Below, piece by piece: positions 58,279-64,000 of a DNA stretch of 64,000 bases (its first letter is position 1; each line of letters starts with the position of its first letter). The notes below the pieces were generated by a model. The model did no database searches and had not been told where the DNA came from. It saw nothing but the letters and a program-made list of their open reading frames with translations. Both the position numbers and the translations under genes were made by a program. The stretch is taken from assembly GCA_965215505.1 (NCBI GenBank), contig OZ244065.1, positions 1,472,001 to 1,536,000 of the forward strand. The letters are read 5' to 3'. Source of the DNA: Capsulimonadaceae bacterium. GTDB lineage: Bacteria; Armatimonadota; Armatimonadia; Armatimonadales; Capsulimonadaceae.

Positions 58279-59331
58279 ATGGCAGCACCTCTCCGGCCCG
58301 CACTCGGGCATGAGTACCCCCCGCCTGATGAGGCGGCGGACATCACCCAAGTCCTCGCCATCATGCGCGGTCAGTTCGAGCATAGCTTCCCGCCGGGCTG
58401 TCCCGGCCCCGTGCTGCGCGACCAGCACCCCAAAGCACATGGCTGTGTCCGGGCGGTCTTCACGGTCGCGCACGGCCTGCCCGCCGAACTCCGCCACGGG
58501 CTCTTCCACAGCCCGCGCTCCTATGACGCCTGGATCCGTTTCTCCCCCAGCTCACCCTTGATGCCCCCGGACACCAAGCGCGACGCTCACGGCATGGCGA
58601 TCAAGTTGCTGGGTGTACCCGGCCTCAAGGTGCTGGACGGGCAGCAGGACGCCCAGACGCAGGACTTCATCCTGGCCAACAATGATGCCTTCTTCGTCCG
58701 TAGTGCCAAAAACTACGTCCAGTTCGCGCAGGCCATCGCCGACAGCCGTTTGATGTCGTTCTTCTTCGGGCTGAACCCTTTGCACTGCCGGCTGCGCGAG
58801 CTGACCAACCTGCTGCTGTCCGTCGGCAAGCAGATCACCAACCCGCTCCAAGTCAGGTATTGGAGTCAGACGCCCTACCGCCTCGGCCCGCACGCCGTCA
58901 AGTACTCCGCCCGCCCCCTCTCCGGTGCCCGCGACCCACTGCCCGATGCCGCCGGCCCGGACTTCCTGCGGGAAGCGATGGCGGCGACCCTGCGCGCGGA
59001 AGAAGTCATCTTCGAGTTCATGGTCCAGGTGCAGACGGACGCCCTGCGGATGCCCGTCGAGGACGCGACCGTCGTCTGGGACGAGCGCGTTTCGCCCTTC
59101 CGCCGCGTCGCCACCCTCCGCATCCCCGTCCAGGAGTGCGACACGCCCGAGCGGCGCGCGTTCGCCGAGAACCTATCGTTCACGCCCTGGCACTCCCTGC
59201 CGGAACACCGCCCCCTGGGCAGCATGAACCGCATCCGCCGTCCGCTTTACGCCCTGATCTCCGGCATCCGCAACGCCCGCAACGGCGTCCCGCACGAGGA
59301 ACCCACGGAGGAGGCACCGAGTGCGCTATAA
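58279..59331 (+). CDS. Small catalase-like heme protein
   Basis: RDQHPKAHGC (distal His), WIRFS, GMAIKL, QDF, SFTPWH...PLGSMNRIRRPLY (proximal Tyr); AGGAGA RBS. Confidence 0.85.
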   Translation: MAAPLRPALGHEYPPPDEAADITQVLAIMRGQFEHSFPPGCPGPVLRDQHPKAHGCVRAVFTVAHGLPAELRHGLFHSPRSYDAWIRFSPSSPLMPPDTKRDAHGMAIKLLGVPGLKVLDGQQDAQTQDFILANNDAFFVRSAKNYVQFAQAIADSRLMSFFFGLNPLHCRLRELTNLLLSVGKQITNPLQVRYWSQTPYRLGPHAVKYSARPLSGARDPLPDAAGPDFLREAMAATLRAEEVIFEFMVQVQTDALRMPVEDATVVWDERVSPFRRVATLRIPVQECDTPERRAFAENLSFTPWHSLPEHRPLGSMNRIRRPLYALISGIRNARNGVPHEEPTEEAPSAL

Positions 59332-59353
59332 CAGTGGCGGGAGGTGAACACTG

Positions 59354-59602
59354 ATGCTGACGACAATCGAGGGTGTCTACAAAGACGGCAGGATCGAGCT
59401 GTCCGAAACTCCGGAAGGCACTGAGGAGAGCCGGGTGCTAGTAACGTTTCTGGAGGGGGGCAAGGCAAATGGCTCCGGTCAAACCGGGAAGGGCCGGATG
59501 ATCACGTTCGGGATGTTCCCCGGCCTCAACGGAGTGACGGACGAGGATTTCAAGGCCGCCGAGTTCCACGGCGACGCTGACGACGGACTGGATTGGCCGT
59601 GA
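59354..59602 (+). CDS. Antitoxin-like small protein (AF2212/DUF104-like)
   Basis: MLTTIEGVYKDGRIEL...VLVTF; GGAGG RBS. Confidence 0.6.
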   Translation: MLTTIEGVYKDGRIELSETPEGTEESRVLVTFLEGGKANGSGQTGKGRMITFGMFPGLNGVTDEDFKAAEFHGDADDGLDWP

Positions 59603-59640
59603 CCGCATTGTTGGAAGCATCGCCCTCCCGTATAGAAAGC

Positions 59641-59678
59641 AGAAGCCGCCGCCTCATTATGAGGCGGCGGCTTCTTTT
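59641..59678. terminator. Strong hairpin terminator between convergent units
   Basis: AGAAGCCGCCGCCTCA-TTA-TGAGGCGGCGGCTTCT then TTT. Confidence 0.85.
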
Positions 59679-59681
59679 AAG

Positions 59682-59753
59682 AGCGGGCGACCAGGCTCGA
59701 ACTGGCGACATTCTCGTTGGCAACGAGACATTCTACCACTGAATTACACCCGC
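59682..59753 (-). tRNA. tRNA-Gly (GCC), CCA not encoded
   Basis: GCGGGTG acceptor stem, anticodon arm TCTCG-TTGCCAA-CGAGA, T arm GCCAG-TTCGAGC-CTGGT, discriminator U. Confidence 0.95.
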
Positions 59754-59788
59754 AACGGTGAGGAAGAGCAGAAGTGGTTACGAGGATG

Positions 59789-59818
59789 ATTATGCACCAA
59801 GCGATGCCGGTTTGTCAA
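59789..59818 (-). promoter_or_regulatory. Sigma70-type promoter of tRNA-Gly
   Basis: TTGACA-N18-CATAAT. Confidence 0.7.
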
Positions 59819-59848
59819 CAGGTTTGAGGCGAAACCGCAAAAAATAGA

Positions 59849-59922
59849 TGCCTTCCATCGGATTCGAACCGACACTGTATGCGGCCTAAACGCATTCTCT
59901 CTACCAATTGGAGTAGGAAGGC
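59849..59922 (-). tRNA. tRNA-Leu (TAG) with short variable loop, CCA not encoded
   Basis: GCCTTCC/GGAAGGC acceptor stem, D loop AATTGGTAGA, ATGCG-TTTAGGC-CGCAT, variable ACAGT, GTCGG-TTCGAAT-CCGAT, discriminator A. Confidence 0.88.
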
Positions 59923-59938
59923 CCGTCTGGCGAGAGTC

Positions 59939-59968
59939 AGTATATCCGAGCCGCCGCCGGATTGTCAA
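59939..59968 (-). promoter_or_regulatory. Sigma70-type promoter of tRNA-Leu
   Basis: TTGACA-N18-TATACT. Confidence 0.75.
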
Positions 59969-60077
59969 GCCTCGCCCACAGGAAGCAACGTCAGGGGGAA
60001 GAAGGCGGGGGAAAGGACAAGGCAGGAGGGCGCGGCAAGCAGCGCCCCTATGGTCACGCCGACCTCCTGCCCTCTTC

Positions 60078-60127
60078 TGTCCCCTGGACAGGTCAGGCCG
60101 CAGCGAGTGATTTCCAATCACTGGTCC
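60078..60127. repeat. Twin-hairpin dispersed element, copy 2
   Basis: TGTCCCCTGGACA...AGCGAGTGATTTCCAATCACTGGTCC. Confidence 0.75.
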
Positions 60128-60261
60128 TATCTCCTGCCGCCCCCAACGCGAGTAAGAACCCCTCCCGTCAGGTATAATGACGCAGGAATGCGGACGCCGC
60201 CCGGCGAAAGGGGCGGCGATCCTCTCCCCTTACTTCTGACAAGGAGCACGTTTTCATTCTC

Positions 60262-60948
60262 ATGGCTGAACAAGACGACCCCACCCGAGATAATTCCTTC
60301 GAGGCCGCGAACGCGATCCCCGGCATCGGCGACAACATGGACGATGACGACGACATGCGCGAGCGCACGCCGATTGACCTGGATGCCCCCGTCGAGTCAA
60401 CCCCCACCCCGGTCGCGGCACAGACGCCGCCGCCCACGAACGGCACCGCGAACGGTGCGGTGACTCTCGAATCCGGCGGGCCGACGGTCAGCTCGAAGGA
60501 AGTGGAAGAGCTGAAGGACAAGGCGAAGCAGGCTAACGACAACTATTTGCGCGCCATGGCCGACTTGCAGAACTTCCGTCGGCGCGGCGAGGAGGAGCGA
60601 GTCCGCATCATCCGGGACGCCAACGAGCGGCTCATCAAGGAGATGCTGCCGGTCCTGGACGACTTCGACCTCGCGCTGGACGCCGCCCGCAAGACGGAGA
60701 GCTACGAACAGCTCATCGGCGGCGTCAGCGCCATCCTGCGGAAGTTCTCGGAGACGCTGGGCAAGCAGGGCGTCCAGCCCATCCCCGCCGTCGGCGAGCC
60801 GTTCAACGCCGAGGTGCATGAGGCGGTCATGCTCGACGAGGAGAGCGAGGAGCCGGACGAGACGGTGACCGCCGAACTCCGCAAGGGCTACACGCTGCAC
60901 GACCGGGTGATCCGCCCGTCTCTGGTCAAAGTGGCGAAAAAGGGCTAA
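60262..60948 (+). CDS. grpE: Nucleotide exchange factor GrpE
   Basis: YLRAMADLQNFRRR, LPVLDDF, GEPFN...HEAV, KGY.LHDRVIRPSLVKVA. Confidence 0.95.
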   Translation: MAEQDDPTRDNSFEAANAIPGIGDNMDDDDDMRERTPIDLDAPVESTPTPVAAQTPPPTNGTANGAVTLESGGPTVSSKEVEELKDKAKQANDNYLRAMADLQNFRRRGEEERVRIIRDANERLIKEMLPVLDDFDLALDAARKTESYEQLIGGVSAILRKFSETLGKQGVQPIPAVGEPFNAEVHEAVMLDEESEEPDETVTAELRKGYTLHDRVIRPSLVKVAKKG

Positions 60949-60969
60949 AAGAAGGGGCGAGAGTCGAGC

Positions 60970-61953
60970 ATGAACGGGCAGCGGCTCCGGCCCCTGGGGC
61001 TGGGTGACATCTTTGATGAGGGGTTCGACTTGTACAAGCGCAACTTCGTGTTTCTGCTGCTGGTCACGGCCCTCAGCGTCGTCCCGCTCGACATCGGGCT
61101 GGCGTTCGCCACGCCGCACCTGCTGCCCGCCGTCTTCGACCTGTTCGGCATCACGGCTAATTCGGACGCCTCCGGGATCTGGCTGGCGGTCTTCGCGACC
61201 AAGCTGACGCTGTTCCTGCCGCTGTTTCTGCTCGCCGTTGCGCCCCTGACTGCCGCCGCCTCTGGGCGGTATCTGGAGCGGGAGGCGACGCTCTGGTCGG
61301 TCTACCGGCTCTGGCTGCGCCGCCTGCCGGTCCTCCTGCCCGCGCTCCTGCTGACCGGCCTGGCCCTGGCTCTGGGCCTGCTCCTCTGCGGCGTCCTCTG
61401 GTTCGTGCCGGCCACTCAGCTCTTTTTCGTCCTCCAGGCCGCCATGGTCGAGGGGAAGGGGCCTGGCAGAGCCTTGGGCCGGTCGAACGGCCTGGTGAGC
61501 GGGTTCGGGGGCCGGGTCTTCAACTGCCTGCTGATGCTGGGCCTCATCGCCTGGGTCATCAGCCTGGGTGTCACTTTCCCCCTGGGCTACCTCGTGAGCA
61601 GCGTCCTGCACATCACGCCTGGCGCGTCGAGCCTCTACGGGGGGGCGGCCGCCGTCGGGCACACGGCGGAGGAGCAGGTCGTGACTCTGATCACGAGCGG
61701 CCTGGCCCACCTCGTCCTGATCCCGTTCCTCGTGTGCGTGATGACCGTCCTCTATTACGACCTGCGAATCCGCAAGGAAGGCCTGGACATCGAGATGCTG
61801 GCCGACGAGCTGCGCTACCCGCCGCTGGCCGCGCTCGGCCCGTTCCTGCCGCCCGCGCCCGTCTTCGGCCCGATGCGCCCTGGGATGCCGCCCGCCTATG
61901 TCCAGGCCCGCCCCGGAGTGCCGCCGCCCTCTTACGGGGGGCCGCCGCGTTGA
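60970..61953 (+). CDS. Multi-TM membrane protein of DUF4129/DUF4350-type clusters
   Basis: LRPLGLGDIFD..F.LY..NF, ALGRS..LV.G, LYYDLRIRKEGLDI. Confidence 0.8.
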   Translation: MNGQRLRPLGLGDIFDEGFDLYKRNFVFLLLVTALSVVPLDIGLAFATPHLLPAVFDLFGITANSDASGIWLAVFATKLTLFLPLFLLAVAPLTAAASGRYLEREATLWSVYRLWLRRLPVLLPALLLTGLALALGLLLCGVLWFVPATQLFFVLQAAMVEGKGPGRALGRSNGLVSGFGGRVFNCLLMLGLIAWVISLGVTFPLGYLVSSVLHITPGASSLYGGAAAVGHTAEEQVVTLITSGLAHLVLIPFLVCVMTVLYYDLRIRKEGLDIEMLADELRYPPLAALGPFLPPAPVFGPMRPGMPPAYVQARPGVPPPSYGGPPR

Positions 61954-63005
61954 CCCTCTTCTCGCGGACGGCGCTCGTCCTTTTCCTCTCCGTCCTTGCC
62001 CTGCGGGCGACGGCGGCGACGCCCCAGCAGTACGACGCCGCGCTGGCTCAGGTGCAGGCCGCCCTGGTCAGCCAGGCGCAGGCGATCAGCGCCGACGAGG
62101 TGCCGCCGGGCGACGCGCCCTCCGTGCTAGCCCAGCGGACATTGGGGCCGATCCACAGCATCGAGCCGCCCGGCAGCGCGCCAGTCCCCGTGGACGCCTC
62201 ACGGCTCATCGCCGCCATCCAGGCCGCCGAGGCGGTGAAGAACCCGGACGCCAAGGCGGACGCGCTGGCCGCCGTCGGCGGGCAGATCGGGACACTGCGC
62301 GCCGCCCAGACGCGCCTGCGCTCAGGCGCGGACCCCGGCGCGGCGGAGCGGGCCGCCCGCACCGTCCTGGCCCGGCCCGAGTTCGGCTCCGAGCTGCCGC
62401 CGCCGCCCTCGATGGCCGAGCGCATCGCCACCTGGCTGGACCACATCCACTGGCCTCACGCCTCGGGTTCCTCCAACTTCAGCGGGCCGAATGTCAACCC
62501 AAAGGTCATCCTGGGCATCCTGATTGCCATCGCGGCGGGCGCGTTCGCCATCCTCGTCGCCCTCATCGTGCAGGCCATCGGGCGGCGCACCGCACGTTCC
62601 AAGCCGCTCGCGCTGGACGAGGAAGAGGCCGTGTTGGTGGAGGCCCGCGACAACGACAGCCTGCTCGGCCTGGCCGAACAGCAGGCCAAAAACGGCGACT
62701 ACCGCCGCGCCTTCCGCCTGGTCTATCTCGCCGCCCTGGTCGCGCTCGACACCGGCGGCGTCCTGCGCTTTGACCGGTCCAAGACCAACTGGGAATACCT
62801 GCGCGCCCTGCGCGCGGCGGGGCGTGGCGACATCTACGCGGCCCTGACGCCGCTGACGCGCGAGTTCGACCAGGTCTGGTACGGGTTCGGCCGGACCGAC
62901 GCCTCGCACTACGCCCGCGCCCTGGCGCAGTACCAGGCTTTGCTGGCCGCCCCCCAGGCGGCGGCACCTCAAGCGGCGACAGCGGGCCAGGGGGCGAAGG
63001 GCTGA
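61950..63005 (+). CDS. DUF4129 domain protein
   Basis: TTG start overlapping upstream TGA; GDYRRAFR..Y...L..L...KTNWEYLR...FD.VWYG. Confidence 0.8.
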   Translation: MTLFSRTALVLFLSVLALRATAATPQQYDAALAQVQAALVSQAQAISADEVPPGDAPSVLAQRTLGPIHSIEPPGSAPVPVDASRLIAAIQAAEAVKNPDAKADALAAVGGQIGTLRAAQTRLRSGADPGAAERAARTVLARPEFGSELPPPPSMAERIATWLDHIHWPHASGSSNFSGPNVNPKVILGILIAIAAGAFAILVALIVQAIGRRTARSKPLALDEEEAVLVEARDNDSLLGLAEQQAKNGDYRRAFRLVYLAALVALDTGGVLRFDRSKTNWEYLRALRAAGRGDIYAALTPLTREFDQVWYGFGRTDASHYARALAQYQALLAAPQAAAPQAATAGQGAKG

Positions 63006-64000
63006 TGCGCCGCTCCCGTGACCTCATCGCCGTCCTTTTCCTGCTCGCCCTGTTCGTCGTCGGCGGCCTGCTGCTGGGCGGGCGCGGCGCGGCCCCCCGG
63101 CGCACCATCGGCGCGGAACTGAACCCCGACCCCTCCGTCACGAACGACCGCGCCTCCGGCAGCAAGGGCGTGTACGAGTGGACGGCCCGGCTCGGCTACC
63201 AGCCGGCCATCTTGCGTCAGGGCTGGTCGCACCTGTCGCCGACCGAGCCGGGCGTCCTGCTGGTGATAGACCCGCAGGTCCAGGACGCGGTCATCTCGAT
63301 CACCGGGAACGGCCAGGGCGGCGGCGACCCGACGCGGCTGGCCGCCGGTGACGCCGCCCTCCTGCGCCGCTGGCTGGCCTCGGACCAGGGACACACTGCC
63401 ATCCTCCTGACCTCGCGGCTGCCCAGCGGCAAGAGCGGGCCGGGCGGCTCGCCGCCCCCGGCGGGCGGCGGCAGCAGTTTCGCGGACGCCCTGGACCTCG
63501 TCGCCGAGTCGGCCTCGCCCGCCACCGGCCGGACCGAGTTCCCGCCCTTGCAGCCCACCGCCGACACGCAGGGGGTGATCAGCCTGCACAGCACGGCGGG
63601 TGCGCGCCTCAGCCGGGCGCGGCCCGACGGACTGGCCCTCTTCGGCGACGGGGCGGGTCCGCTGGCCCTGGAGATCCCGGTCGGCAAGGGCCGGCTCATC
63701 GCCGTCGCCGATGCCGGACTGTTCTCCAACGCCGGCCTCGCCCGGTCGGAGAACGCCGTCTTCCTGGCCGACCTGCTGGCACACTATGGCCGTCCGGGCG
63801 GCGCGGTCCTGTTCGACGAGTACCACCACGGCGACGTGGCGGACAACCCCGGCGGCTCGGTCTGGGAGGCCCTGGGGCGGCCCCTGCAACTGGCCTTGAT
63901 CCAGGTCCTCCTGGCGGGCCTCTGCCTGATGGTCCTGCTGGGCGGGCGGTTCGGGCCGCCCGTCCCGACGGGGCGGGACATGGCCCGGTCGTCCGCCGAC
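63005..64000 (+). CDS. DUF4350-like protein, runs off the window (absent from the ORF track)
   Basis: ATG overlaps upstream TGA; N-terminal TM, S..N....G, GKGRLIAVAD..LFSN..L, VLFDEYHHG, GRFGP. Confidence 0.75.
   Translation, partial: MRRSRDLIAVLFLLALFVVGGLLLGGRGAAPRRTIGAELNPDPSVTNDRASGSKGVYEWTARLGYQPAILRQGWSHLSPTEPGVLLVIDPQVQDAVISITGNGQGGGDPTRLAAGDAALLRRWLASDQGHTAILLTSRLPSGKSGPGGSPPPAGGGSSFADALDLVAESASPATGRTEFPPLQPTADTQGVISLHSTAGARLSRARPDGLALFGDGAGPLALEIPVGKGRLIAVADAGLFSNAGLARSENAVFLADLLAHYGRPGGAVLFDEYHHGDVADNPGGSVWEALGRPLQLALIQVLLAGLCLMVLLGGRFGPPVPTGRDMARSSAD

Noticed and set aside
59682-59922. Prophage or integrative element at the tRNA genes
   Set aside because: No integrase, phage genes or duplicated tRNA 3' end noticed in the window
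60130-60261. CIRCE operator upstream of grpE
   Set aside because: No TTAGCACTC-N9-GAGTGCTAA match

Overview
High-GC bacterial chromosome segment. The prepilin-like H-X9-DG protein, tandem PhyH genes, futalosine-pathway genes and unclassified secreted paralogues suggest Armatimonadota (inference, no search run). Housekeeping backbone: tilS, mutS2, polA, an ECF sigma/anti-sigma pair, a sulfate ABC operon, M3 peptidase, mqnA and a UbiA-family prenyltransferase, a partial EPS cluster with galE, corA, a Ca/H antiporter, aat, an ABC/M1-peptidase pair, tRNA-Gly(GCC), tRNA-Leu(TAG), grpE and a DUF4129/DUF4350 cluster. Best leads: (1) an AT-rich island between mutS2 and polA with a DUF262 + HEPN-like pair (candidate defence system) and a MazF-type TA module coupled to the polA stop codon; (2) a GTAG-type REP family with one inverted doublet sitting in frame inside polA; (3) two mosaic paralogues of a ~730-aa secreted protein, one frameshifted and preceded by a small secreted protein and twin hairpins; (4) a trpF-like gene inside the sulfate ABC operon; (5) a DyP peroxidase / IHFARW-repeat protein / catalase-like heme cluster; (6) a TPR double-retropepsin protease split by one in-frame TGA; (7) a tRNA-Leu lacking the long variable arm. 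All family calls come from motif recognition by eye and need HMM confirmation.
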